From: an uncultured bacterium
GTDB lineage: Bacteria; Bacillota_I; Bacilli_A; RF39; UBA660
NCBI GenBank assembly: GCA_949291575.1
Contig: CASEWH010000079.1
Coordinates: forward strand, 1-50,450
Reading direction: 5' to 3'
Length of the DNA stretch: 50,450 nt
Shown here: positions 9,208 to 17,715 of the stretch, in pieces
Numbering within the stretch: position 1 is the first letter of the stretch
How the letters are laid out: every line of letters starts with the position of its first letter
Translations under genes and position numbers: made by a program
The notes under the pieces: model-generated
Database searches by the model: none
What the model was told of the DNA's origin: nothing
Seen by the model: only the letters and a program-made list of their open reading frames with translations

Positions 9208-9770
9208 ACAGGCATCACCGTCCCAAACTCAGTATTAACTCCTCCATTTAAGAAGTTTTCCATAATTATTCTAAGGTCATCATTACTTACTTGTGAAGCA
9301 TTAAGTCCACAACTAGCAAGACCATTAATAAGCATTCTAACACGTTTTTGTAATACATCTTCACTAGTATCTTTAAATAGAATAAAGTACTCAGTATCAA
9401 CAATATTATTATTCATAAACATATTACCCTTATCTATATCTTGTAAAATAAGTTTACGAATAGCAGGAGAAGCTGCATCGTTATATAATAACTGTAACTG
9501 TGACATATAAACTGATATATCAACAGGTCTATCTGCAACAACTAACCAAAACTCAAAGTCTATCATATTATAAAAGTTTTTAAGACTAATCATCACATTA
9601 TCTTGTTCTTGTTGATCTAGAATAAAGATATTACGAGGAGTAATTTTAACTCCAGTAACTTTCTGTTTACCTTCACAAATTATATAGCCATTCTGAATAC
9701 CAGTAATAGGCAACCAATCCTCAGTATACTGACTACTTGTTGTTTTGGACATCTTTGACATCTTTAACAC
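9204..9770 (-). CDS. Separate ORF encoding what looks like the N-terminal domain of VirB4
   Basis: The 188-aa sequence DWLPITGIQNGYIICEGKQKVTGVKITPRNIFILDQQEQ...FEFWLVVADRPVDI follows the pattern of the N-terminal domain of Gram-positive VirB4/TrsE-type proteins. 188 + 596 aa equals the usual ~780-830 aa. The true start is probably one of the ATGs at 9761 or 9752. Confidence 0.55.
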   Translation of the reverse strand: MLKMSKMSKTTSSQYTEDWLPITGIQNGYIICEGKQKVTGVKITPRNIFILDQQEQDNVMISLKNFYNMIDFEFWLVVADRPVDISVYMSQLQLLYNDAASPAIRKLILQDIDKGNMFMNNNIVDTEYFILFKDTSEDVLQKRVRMLINGLASCGLNASQVSNDDLRIIMENFLNGGVNTEFGTVMPV

Positions 9771-10053
9771 ACCAACCTTTCCAAATATATCTTCTTCTAC
9801 ATGTAAAGAAAGTATAACACTCTATAATTATAGTTAAAATATTATGATAATTAGGAACAGGAATAACTAAGAAAGCACTTAGTAGTCCAGGGGCAACTAC
9901 AACAATTACTTGCCATGTATAATTCATAGGAAGCATTGTTAAAAGTACCAAAGTAATCAAAACACCAGTTCCCAACAATATCAAATCAAAAGGTTTAAAT
10001 ATACCAAGAATAAGTTTTCCACTCTTTGTATTAGCAGGTATTAAATAATTCAC
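9733..10053 (-). CDS. VirB3-like small membrane protein (PrgI/TcpE/Tn916 Orf17 type)
   Basis: 106 aa with two hydrophobic helices (LILLGTGVLITLVLLTML; VIVVVAPGLLSAFLVIPV) and a basic C-terminal RRRYIWKG. It lies directly upstream of VirB4, as in Gram-positive T4SS loci. Confidence 0.55.
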   Translation of the reverse strand: MNYLIPANTKSGKLILGIFKPFDLILLGTGVLITLVLLTMLPMNYTWQVIVVVAPGLLSAFLVIPVPNYHNILTIIIECYTFFTCRRRYIWKGWCVKDVKDVQNNK

Positions 10054-10082
10054 TATAAATCACACTCCTTTTATAAATTAAA

Positions 10083-12128
10083 TTATTTATTATTATTATT
10101 AGTCGCTTTATCATTAGCAATTTTCCATTGAGTCCTTGGATCAGATTTAACAGCACGAGCTTCATTAATAGAAGCACCAATAACTCCTTTAATACCTTTA
10201 ACCTTATCAGCAGGAGTACCACCATATTTATAAGCATCAATATCCATATCAACCTTAGCTGCAGCATATTCAAGATCTTTAGCAGTACCAGCAATTTTAA
10301 CATTACTTCTACCATCAGCAGAAGCTAAATAATTTGTAGCCTGAGATTGTTTAAAGTCTTCAAGTCTATTAGCATTAATACTCTTAGTAGAAATAACATG
10401 GCTTCTACCAGCAGAATCCGTAAAACTAAATGTATTTTTACCAGCAGCTTTAGCAGCTTCATATTGACTATAAAAGTCTTGATAATTTGCAGATAAAGAT
10501 TGAGTTTTTCCCATATGATCCAGATAACTAAGTGTACCTTCAGAAGTAGTACTTTTCAATGCCTCATCTTCAACCATAGATTTATGTGCTTGAGCAGCCT
10601 TAGTAAGGCTATCAAATAACTCTGCTTTCTGTGCAGCTTTTCCTCCTAAACTACTACCCAAAAACATAGCAGAAGCATTAGATCCTACTCTACCAAGCAA
10701 TGTAGAACCAGTACCACGCATTGCATTACGTTTTTGCATTGCAGCCATAACAGCACTAGGAGCATTCTTATCAGCAGTAGCAAGTGCTTTAGTTCCAACA
10801 AAAGCTCCACCAAGTAAACCTCCTGCACCAGCACCTATTCCTCTTAAAACACTTCTACCAGTACCATAACCTAATTCTTTACCTTCTGACATACCAGTCC
10901 TAAAACTACCTATAGCAGAACCAGCAAGTCCTCCAGTTAAAGCAGCAGCTCCTAACATTGTACCAATTCCACTAAATAATTTCCCATCACCTTTAATACC
11001 TAACATATCTTGGAAAAATTTAGGAGCATCTTTCATAAATACTAAAATACCAATTATAATAAATATATTAGCAAGTCCAGTAGTCAAAGCATTAGATGTA
11101 TGTACCCAAGTAACTAAATCACCTTCTCTTAATATAATTATTAAATATATACCAAAATAGATAATTATTAATCTAATAAATAAGCTCAAATAAGTAGAAG
11201 TTAAAGTCTTAACCCAGTTACCAAAAGCACCATCTTTTTCTTGTCCTGGACTAATATAAGAAATAATAGGAACAGGCGCAATTAATCTAAGTAAAGCAAG
11301 TTTAATCGCTCTAACTGTTATATCAAGAGTAAATCCTATTATTATTATAGTCATAACTACAGCACAAACTACCCCACCAAATCCTATATAATCAAAAGCA
11401 TAGGCTTCACTACCATTTACTGTACATGTATCATTCACATGATCAATTAAAGAACCTGATGTAACTAACGGATTAAAATATGGACTAACAACATCAGGAC
11501 ATACCGCTGCTTCTTTGTAATTATCTTCATTTATATCATCATAACCATCATTTATAGCAGGAGTAATAAAGGCTTTAGCAATTTCTGAAGTAATAACATC
11601 CCCAACAGATGCCATACCAGGAAGCTGAGTACCACCTGAATTTGAAGTAGTAGTATCAGGATCAGAACCAAGAATTAACTTACCTAATATATTATCTTCA
11701 ACAATACTATTTTGAAATTGATATAAAAATCCAAACAAAATACCATTAGATTTTATCTGCTCATTTAATGGATTTCCATTTGTATTAGAAATATTAATAG
11801 GAACAATCAAAGTCAATAAAATTAACATAACTGCAATTCTCATAACAAGAGAACCAGCACCTTTTTGTTTATCTTTAAATAAATCAGGATTAACAATAAT
11901 TTGAAGAAGTGTAATAGATATCCTAAAAATCATTAAAATTCCTAATATCATCTGTATTCTTGAATAAAATGTATTAATTACACTACCTTGAAAAATGTCA
12001 GCATTTGCAATAGTAAAAAATATATTAAATATTCCACTCAAAAAGAAATAGCCTATACTATCCAATATAGAAAAAAATCCTCTAAGAAAATCACCTATAA
12101 ACCCAGGATTACTCCACATATTTTTCAC
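10083..12128 (-). CDS. Polytopic membrane protein, VirB6-like channel candidate, with a Gly/Ala-rich linker and a soluble C-terminal domain
   Basis: Multiple TM helices in the first ~400 aa, a G/A-rich stretch (GAAALTGGLAGSAIG...GAGAGGLLGGAFVG), and a hydrophilic tail of ~230 aa. The assignment rests on topology and position next to VirB3/VirB4 only. Confidence 0.5.
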   Translation of the reverse strand: MKNMWSNPGFIGDFLRGFFSILDSIGYFFLSGIFNIFFTIANADIFQGSVINTFYSRIQMILGILMIFRISITLLQIIVNPDLFKDKQKGAGSLVMRIAVMLILLTLIVPINISNTNGNPLNEQIKSNGILFGFLYQFQNSIVEDNILGKLILGSDPDTTTSNSGGTQLPGMASVGDVITSEIAKAFITPAINDGYDDINEDNYKEAAVCPDVVSPYFNPLVTSGSLIDHVNDTCTVNGSEAYAFDYIGFGGVVCAVVMTIIIIGFTLDITVRAIKLALLRLIAPVPIISYISPGQEKDGAFGNWVKTLTSTYLSLFIRLIIIYFGIYLIIILREGDLVTWVHTSNALTTGLANIFIIIGILVFMKDAPKFFQDMLGIKGDGKLFSGIGTMLGAAALTGGLAGSAIGSFRTGMSEGKELGYGTGRSVLRGIGAGAGGLLGGAFVGTKALATADKNAPSAVMAAMQKRNAMRGTGSTLLGRVGSNASAMFLGSSLGGKAAQKAELFDSLTKAAQAHKSMVEDEALKSTTSEGTLSYLDHMGKTQSLSANYQDFYSQYEAAKAAGKNTFSFTDSAGRSHVISTKSINANRLEDFKQSQATNYLASADGRSNVKIAGTAKDLEYAAAKVDMDIDAYKYGGTPADKVKGIKGVIGASINEARAVKSDPRTQWKIANDKATNNNNK

Positions 12129-12253
12129 TTCTCTTTCATCTAAATACTATTCTCTTTTATTTTATCAAAGATAAAGATAAATAGCAATCATATAAAAATA
12201 AAATGATATAAATTGCAGACAGTAAAAATTTTTGTTCTACAATTAATACCATT

Positions 12254-13417
12254 TTAACCTAATGTACAAGTAGTAGCATTAATAAATGATAATAATAATT
12301 GAACTAAAGTAGGAACTAAGAATAAACACAATGCTGCTACTAATCTAATAATTAACTTAGACTGAGCTTCTTTCATTGCTTTTTCATCAAAACCAACTAC
12401 TGCTTTTATAAAATCTATAGCACTAAGCAACACAACTAAAATAGGTCCTATTATCTTAATATAATTTAATACTGTATTAAGCATCCATCCAAATGAACCT
12501 GGAGTATCTATATCTATAATATCAGGACATTCTATCTCTTTATCAAAATTTCCTGAATTTAAATCTTCTTTAAGATTTTCCCATTCTTTCTGGTCTTCTA
12601 TTTCCCCAGAAGTATATGAACCATTTTCTTCAGGAGAAGGTTCAGTAGTTTGAATAATTCTCTCTCCAGCAATACCAGATGCACCAGGTGCCCTTAAATA
12701 ATGTTCCGCACTTTCACACTGATTACTCCAATAAACATCATAATCATCTGGATTAACACTAAAAGTAAAATTAGTAGCACCTTTAGATAAAGTTACAGTC
12801 TCATTATATTTTGCAGAAACTGAATCGCTACCCATAGTAATAGTAAACTCTCGAACTCCATTAGTTTCAGTAGTAGTAAAATATGATTCTTGATCACTAT
12901 TTCTAACATCAATTCTAACTGAATCACAATAAGTTTTTGTCTGACTAGGTTTTTTATCACTAGTACCACCAGTACTATTAGCAGTAGCAATAGTAGTAGG
13001 ATTACCTTGAGGAGATCTATTTCCATTTACATTAAAATGTAATTGATTAGGTGTAAAAAAGATAAATTGCAAATTAGGACAATTATTTTTCTTTTCATAA
13101 GCTTGATAAAAATCACCATTTTTATCAAACATTTTTGAATATTGTAAGCTAACACCAGTATTTCCTAAAAGTAGTCCACTTGATGGTTTATAACTAAATT
13201 TTTCACCATTAGCATCATGACCAGATATAACACGCCCTCCAGTACTACCGTCATCATAAACTGTTACTTTCAAAGATAAATCACTAAACGATCCTAATCC
13301 TAATTCATTAACATCAATTTTATAATCACAAGTACCAAGACTTTCCTTAGCTTCTACACCACAAGGAAATAAAAATAAACACAAAATAACACTTATAACC
13401 AATAAAATCTTCTTCAT
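12254..13417 (-). CDS. Secreted protein whose C-terminus is a VirB2-like two-TM hairpin (pilin-anchored adhesin or tip candidate)
   Basis: Signal peptide MKKILLVISVILCLFLFPCGVEA (ATG 13417, RBS GAGGTGG). An extracytoplasmic domain of ~300 aa is followed by a last ~75 aa that aligns with the two small ORFs at 13485-14265 (IGPILVVLLSAIDFIKAVVGFDEKAMKEAQSKLIIRLVAALCLFLVPTLV). Confidence 0.6.
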   Translation of the reverse strand: MKKILLVISVILCLFLFPCGVEAKESLGTCDYKIDVNELGLGSFSDLSLKVTVYDDGSTGGRVISGHDANGEKFSYKPSSGLLLGNTGVSLQYSKMFDKNGDFYQAYEKKNNCPNLQFIFFTPNQLHFNVNGNRSPQGNPTTIATANSTGGTSDKKPSQTKTYCDSVRIDVRNSDQESYFTTTETNGVREFTITMGSDSVSAKYNETVTLSKGATNFTFSVNPDDYDVYWSNQCESAEHYLRAPGASGIAGERIIQTTEPSPEENGSYTSGEIEDQKEWENLKEDLNSGNFDKEIECPDIIDIDTPGSFGWMLNTVLNYIKIIGPILVVLLSAIDFIKAVVGFDEKAMKEAQSKLIIRLVAALCLFLVPTLVQLLLSFINATTCTLG

Positions 13418-13460
13418 ATAAAGTTCCACCTCAATCATGATATTAGTATATCATCAGATG

Positions 13461-13485
13461 AAAAAAATAGCAATCAATTTGCTAT
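13461..13485 (-). terminator. Intrinsic terminator after the pilin-like gene at 13485-13832
   Basis: On the minus strand, ATAGCAA-attga-TTGCTAT is followed by T7. The hairpin overlaps the stop codon. Confidence 0.65.
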
Positions 13486-13832
13486 TAAAACTCACTAGGA
13501 TTATTCCAACACTCACTCCATTTAATTAAAGTTTCATTCTCAGTAATACTACCTACCATAGAAAATACAAGATTAACAACAGTTACAAAAAAGAATATTA
13601 ATAAAGCATAAACTAATCTTTTAACTATTCTACTTAACAGTTTCTTATTTTCTTTATCATCACTACTAAGCACCGCTCTTCCTAAATCAAAAGTACAAAG
13701 TACTATTAATATAATAGGTATAGCAATCTGAATAATAGGAAATACCCCTTCTTTAATAACTCTAACTACAGCATCAAAACCATAACAGTTACTATCTATA
13801 TTTACCATTATTGCATCTAATATATTTATCAT
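13485..13832 (-). CDS. VirB2/TrbC-like pilin-type two-TM hairpin protein (paralogue 1)
   Basis: ATG 13832 has RBS AAAGGTG upstream; the track start 13844 is a GTG. The protein has a short N-terminal tail with Cys (NCYGFD), TM1 (IPIILIVLCTFDLGRAV), a basic loop (SSDDKENKKLLSRIVKR), TM2, and a C-terminal tail with Cys (WSECWNN). Confidence 0.6.
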   Translation of the reverse strand: MINILDAIMVNIDSNCYGFDAVVRVIKEGVFPIIQIAIPIILIVLCTFDLGRAVLSSDDKENKKLLSRIVKRLVYALLIFFFVTVVNLVFSMVGSITENETLIKWSECWNNPSEF

Positions 13833-13858
13833 ATTAACACACACCTTTTTTCATATAG

Positions 13859-13887
13859 AAAAAAATAGCAACAAAATACATTGCTAT
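13859..13887 (-). terminator. Intrinsic terminator after the pilin-like gene at 13903-14265
   Basis: On the minus strand, ATAGCAA-N9-TTGCTAT is followed by T7. The stem sequence is the same as in the terminator at 13461-13485. Confidence 0.65.
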
Positions 13888-13902
13888 TTATAAATAACAA
13901 AA

Positions 13903-14265
13903 CTAATCTATACTATTCCAACAGTTACTCCAATCTTCTAATCCTGGTGCAGAATCTCCAGCAATATTACCAACCATTGTAAATAACAGATTAATTAGTG
14001 TTACAATAAAGAATACTAATATTGCATAAATACATCTCTTAATTAATTTAGATTGAGCCTCTTTAACAGCCTTATCATCGCTAGATATAACGGCTTTACC
14101 TAAATCTAATGTACCTAAAACTATTAAAATAATTGGAATACCTATTTGTAAAATAGGAAATAAACCATTCTTAATAATTCTAATTACAAAATCAAATCCA
14201 CGACAAGCTGATTCAGGATTAGCTTGAGTAGCATCTAAAATTTGAAATAACATCATACTTTTCAT
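13903..14265 (-). CDS. VirB2/TrbC-like pilin-type two-TM hairpin protein (paralogue 2)
   Basis: ATG 14265 is preceded by RBS GGAGGAG 5 nt upstream; the track start 14316 is less likely. Sequence elements: ACRGFD, TM1 IPIILIVLGTLDLGKAV, loop SSDDKAVKEAQSKLIKR, TM2, WSNCWNS. Confidence 0.6.
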   Translation of the reverse strand: MKSMMLFQILDATQANPESACRGFDFVIRIIKNGLFPILQIGIPIILIVLGTLDLGKAVISSDDKAVKEAQSKLIKRCIYAILVFFIVTLINLLFTMVGNIAGDSAPGLEDWSNCWNSID

Positions 14266-14319
14266 AAAATCTCCTCCACTTACAATAATAATATACAAAT
14301 TATTACAATTTGTCAATTA

Positions 14320-15300
14320 TTACCGTTTAAATAAGCCAAATATTTTGCCTCCACTCTCTTTTTCTTTAGTTTTATTAATAAGTCCTATCTTAGATAAAAA
14401 GTCACTAAGTACAGGATTCTTAACTCTATCATTTAAAGGCGGTATATTATAAAACACTTTAGTTCTACCTTCATACTCAAAATCCATAATATCACTATTA
14501 GAAAGTAAACTCATATTTAAAACTATCTTCTTCCCCTTAAGTTCTTCAAATATACGCCTATTTCTTCTCATTAATTTATTTAATCTTATACTAGATGGTT
14601 CTATCAAATACAAAACATCATTACATGCACCTTCATTGCTAGAATCATTCAAATCTATAAGTATAATCGCTACATCTTTATGTTTAACAACCTCAGTCAT
14701 TAAATGTTCATCATCAACAGAAATCATATTATGACTATTAAAATAAAGAAAATCATGTCTATTTACTTCAATAGCCACTACACTCATTCCATAAGTTTGT
14801 TCCAATTCCTTTTTTAACATATAAATAAGTGTTGTACTTCCAGCATGATCAGTAACATTCTTAATTCCAATTATTCTAGACCCTGCTACTATCTTTTCAT
14901 TAATAGTACTAGATAAATCATTTAACTGTTGTATATGAGCAACATCTTTATAAGTATTAGGATGATCTAAAAAGTATTTAATACCATCAATTGTAGTAGT
15001 AAAGTTATATATTCCCATAGATATTATCTTAGATAAATAACTACTAGATGTAGAAGTTTCTGTATTAGGAAGTAAAAGAATGATTTTATCAGCATCAAGA
15101 CCTATAGATATCCTCTGTATATTAGTAATATCTTCATAGTCTTTAATGGCTGTAATATCTAAAATCATTCTTGCATAAAAGAAGTTCTTGAACATCTCAA
15201 CAATTTCATCAGCAGTATGAACACCATCTACACTCTTAATTACATCTATATCTAAAGTAGATAACATGCTCTTCGCTTCATTAGCAATTATAACGTTCAT
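14320..15300 (-). CDS. TadZ/CpaE-like protein: receiver-like N-domain + degenerate ParA/MinD-type ATPase domain
   Basis: The N-terminal ~120 aa show alternating beta/alpha receiver-like blocks (NVIIAN, ARMILDITA, KIILLLPN, GIYNF). The C-terminal MinD/ParA-like fold has a degenerate P-loop (IIGIKNVTDHAGSTTL). It sits next to the other Tad-like genes. Confidence 0.55.
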   Translation of the reverse strand: MNVIIANEAKSMLSTLDIDVIKSVDGVHTADEIVEMFKNFFYARMILDITAIKDYEDITNIQRISIGLDADKIILLLPNTETSTSSSYLSKIISMGIYNFTTTIDGIKYFLDHPNTYKDVAHIQQLNDLSSTINEKIVAGSRIIGIKNVTDHAGSTTLIYMLKKELEQTYGMSVVAIEVNRHDFLYFNSHNMISVDDEHLMTEVVKHKDVAIILIDLNDSSNEGACNDVLYLIEPSSIRLNKLMRRNRRIFEELKGKKIVLNMSLLSNSDIMDFEYEGRTKVFYNIPPLNDRVKNPVLSDFLSKIGLINKTKEKESGGKIFGLFKR

Positions 15301-15312
15301 TAAACCACTTCC

Positions 15313-15771
15313 TTATTCGTAATATATAGTCCTAGTCTCACCAACTACTTGTAGAAAGTTACCAAGTCCTATCAAATTGTTAATAACAGGAATATCTATA
15401 TTAACAAAAGTAACTACAGAATAGTATCTACCTTTTCTTTCTCCATCCGCCTCATCAATAGAAACTTCATGAGCAACATAGCACCAACCATTTTGACAAC
15501 TACTTTCACTAGAACTACTACCGTAATCTTCTAAGAAGTCTTGAACAAGTCTAGGAGGAACCTCATAAGTCATTTGATCAATATAACTATTAATCTTAGC
15601 AATTGCCTCATCATTATAAGGCCCTTCATATTGTTCAATTATATCAACTATACGATTCTTAACTCGAAATGCTCTAGTATAATTAACAGAATAAGCCATA
15701 TAACCATTAATTAAAAGTACAAAAGCTAAAATAATTTGTAATGTAAAAACTTGTCCTATCGCATCTCTCAT
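15313..15771 (-). CDS. TadE-like pseudopilin / minor pilin candidate
   Basis: 152 aa with an N-terminal hydrophobic helix after a short polar leader (MRDAIGQVFTLQIILAFVLLINGYMAY), then a ~120-aa domain. It lies immediately downstream of the Flp-like ORF, as tadE does in Tad loci. Confidence 0.5.
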   Translation of the reverse strand: MRDAIGQVFTLQIILAFVLLINGYMAYSVNYTRAFRVKNRIVDIIEQYEGPYNDEAIAKINSYIDQMTYEVPPRLVQDFLEDYGSSSSESSCQNGWCYVAHEVSIDEADGERKGRYYSVVTFVNIDIPVINNLIGLGNFLQVVGETRTIYYE

Positions 15772-15792
15772 TATTAATCACATCCTTACTTA

Positions 15793-15954
15793 TTATTCAA
15801 AATCTATGTTAGATTGAGAAGTAGTATTATCATTCCAAGTGTCTTGGATAGTTTCTTGAATAGTTGGCCAGAAAAATGCAAAAAACGCTGCAATAACTCC
15901 AATCAAAACAATTGTTACAACAGTCATATTTAACTCTCCAGTCGCTTCTTTCAC
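15793..15954 (-). CDS. Small Flp-type (class III signal peptide-like) pilin candidate, not in the ORF track
   Basis: GTG at 15954 lies 7 nt after RBS AAAGGAGAG; an alternative ATG is at 15927. The 53-codon product is (M)KEATGELNMTVVTIVLIGVIAAFFAFFWPTIQETIQDTWNDNTTSQSNIDFE: a short polar leader ending in Gly, a ~22-residue hydrophobic helix and a short polar tail. It sits between the TadC-like and TadE-like genes and has its own near-consensus promoter. Confidence 0.55.
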   Translation of the reverse strand: MKEATGELNMTVVTIVLIGVIAAFFAFFWPTIQETIQDTWNDNTTSQSNIDFE

Positions 15955-15987
15955 AAAACATCTCTCCTTTCATATCTTACAAATATA

Positions 15988-16015
15988 ATTATATCAAAAA
16001 ATTATTAATTTGTAA
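15988..16015 (-). promoter_or_regulatory. Internal sigma-A-type promoter in front of the Flp-like ORF
   Basis: On the minus strand, TTACAA-N16-TATAAT with an extended -10 (TGATATAAT), starting just after the TadC-like stop codon. Confidence 0.5.
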
Positions 16016-16023
16016 CCTCTTTT

Positions 16024-16803
16024 TTAACCAATCATTGTCATCATAGAACCTAGTATTACAATCATAACACTAACACCAGTAACAACAAGCATTATCATAG
16101 TTTGATTTCCCATATGATCAAGTCTTTCTTTATATTTAGTTTCACGAGCTTTCGCTTGTAAATTAGAAACAGTCCTTGAAAACATTAATAATCTTTCTTG
16201 TTTCTTATCTTGACCACCAAGACCTAAACGATAAAGAAGTCTCATCATTCTCATAGAGTCACGTACTGGATAGGTGTTAGCAAAATCCATATAAGGAGTA
16301 ATACTAGAATCACCTGAATTAATCTTTTCAATTAAATCTCTAAGTCCAGGTTTAAAAATATCAGGAGCATCATTAATACTTTTACCTATCGCTACAGGAA
16401 CAGTATAATGTTGAATTAATATTTCCAAACTCTTTAAATAGTATGGCAACATTATATCAATTTGATGCAAATGAGCTTTATAATATTTTTTTAATTGCAT
16501 ATAAGGCATTTTAAAAATAAATACAGCAACTAAACAAGATAATATTACATTAATTAAACTAACATCGTCTATAAATAAGAACATAAATACAAAGAAAGCA
16601 CCAATCGCATAAGTTATTCTTTTTTGGAATAAAACATTAGGATCTGCCGTATCTCCATACTTAGCATAAACAAGAAAGTTATAATCATCTTCTCTTAATA
16701 TTTCAAAATATTTTTTATTATCATTAATAAATTTATCTTTATCAATAGTTCTATTATAAATTAAGACAAATAAAATGATAACCGCTACAAATACTATTTC
16801 CAT
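16024..16803 (-). CDS. TadC-like inner-membrane platform protein (T2SS-F / GspF-like domain)
   Basis: N-terminal TM, internal TM pair, a helical cytoplasmic domain of ~120 aa (LPYYLKSLEILIQHY...MRMMRLLYRLGLGG) and a C-terminal TM. It is paired with a second such protein next to a TadA-type ATPase. Confidence 0.6.
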   Translation of the reverse strand: MEIVFVAVIILFVLIYNRTIDKDKFINDNKKYFEILREDDYNFLVYAKYGDTADPNVLFQKRITYAIGAFFVFMFLFIDDVSLINVILSCLVAVFIFKMPYMQLKKYYKAHLHQIDIMLPYYLKSLEILIQHYTVPVAIGKSINDAPDIFKPGLRDLIEKINSGDSSITPYMDFANTYPVRDSMRMMRLLYRLGLGGQDKKQERLLMFSRTVSNLQAKARETKYKERLDHMGNQTMIMLVVTGVSVMIVILGSMMTMIG

Positions 16804-16805
16804 AC

Positions 16806-17699
16806 TTACTCAACCCCCACATTCTCATTATAATATTTTTCTCCTTTTAATAGGAAATAACTATTAAAGATTATAATAAAGTGTAGTACAAGTTGAACCC
16901 AAATACTTTTTATTAATTCAATATAACTTTCACTACCTAACATATATTGAATTAACATAACTAAAAGAAATAACATAATACCATATTGTAAAAACTTCTT
17001 ATGAAATGTCGCTCTATCCATTCTATCCCTATAAACACTTTCAACAAGAGTATCGATATCTAACTGTAAGTTTTCCAAACTCTCTCCAGTATCTTGAGCA
17101 CCTTCTTTAGTTATTTGTAAGAACAACTGATGCATATTTTTAACAATGTAATATGGATATTTATCACTCATATAACTTAAGGCTCCATCAATCGCTCCTT
17201 CTTCATAAGCCATATCAATCATATGATTTACATCACTTAACACAGGATCTTCAAGTATCCCAGAATCTCTTACACCCTCTAAGGATTTAACAAAACTCTG
17301 AGTAGTAGCAAATTCCATAATTGTATTAGTTGTATATATCTGTATTTGTTCAAATATAAATTCACTATACACTCTTTTACATCTTAAAAATGATAAATAA
17401 GGAATAAAACAAATAGCTATAGCAACATAAATAACAGATACTACTAAATTATAAAAATACATATAGGTAACAATACCTGCAAAACCACCCATAATAACTA
17501 TTTGTATCAAATATTGTCTAGCCGTATATTCTTGCCCTAACTGTTTTGTTTTCTCTCTTACAACCTTATATGAGTAAGGAGCAAATTTATCATAAATAAC
17601 TTGTACTTGATCTGTGATAAATTTAGAAACATTCTCTCCTCTATAGTTTCTATATAATAAAACAGCTATAGCAATTACTAATAGTAAGAAAAATACCAT
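16806..17699 (-). CDS. TadB-like inner-membrane platform protein (T2SS-F / GspF-like domain)
   Basis: Same architecture as 16024-16803 (TM, TM pair, helical cytoplasmic domain, C-terminal TMs), directly downstream of the ATPase. Confidence 0.6.
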   Translation of the reverse strand: MVFFLLLVIAIAVLLYRNYRGENVSKFITDQVQVIYDKFAPYSYKVVREKTKQLGQEYTARQYLIQIVIMGGFAGIVTYMYFYNLVVSVIYVAIAICFIPYLSFLRCKRVYSEFIFEQIQIYTTNTIMEFATTQSFVKSLEGVRDSGILEDPVLSDVNHMIDMAYEEGAIDGALSYMSDKYPYYIVKNMHQLFLQITKEGAQDTGESLENLQLDIDTLVESVYRDRMDRATFHKKFLQYGIMLFLLVMLIQYMLGSESYIELIKSIWVQLVLHFIIIFNSYFLLKGEKYYNENVGVE

Positions 17700-17715
17700 A
17701 AAACCCCTCCTCTCT

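Noticed and set aside
10083-10900. The soluble C-terminal ~230 aa of the VirB6-like protein considered as a hidden relaxase or DNA-binding domain
   Set aside because: There is no HUH or His-hydrophobic-His motif, no catalytic Tyr context and no HTH pattern. The composition (A/S/K/G-rich) looks like an extended surface or periplasm-equivalent domain.
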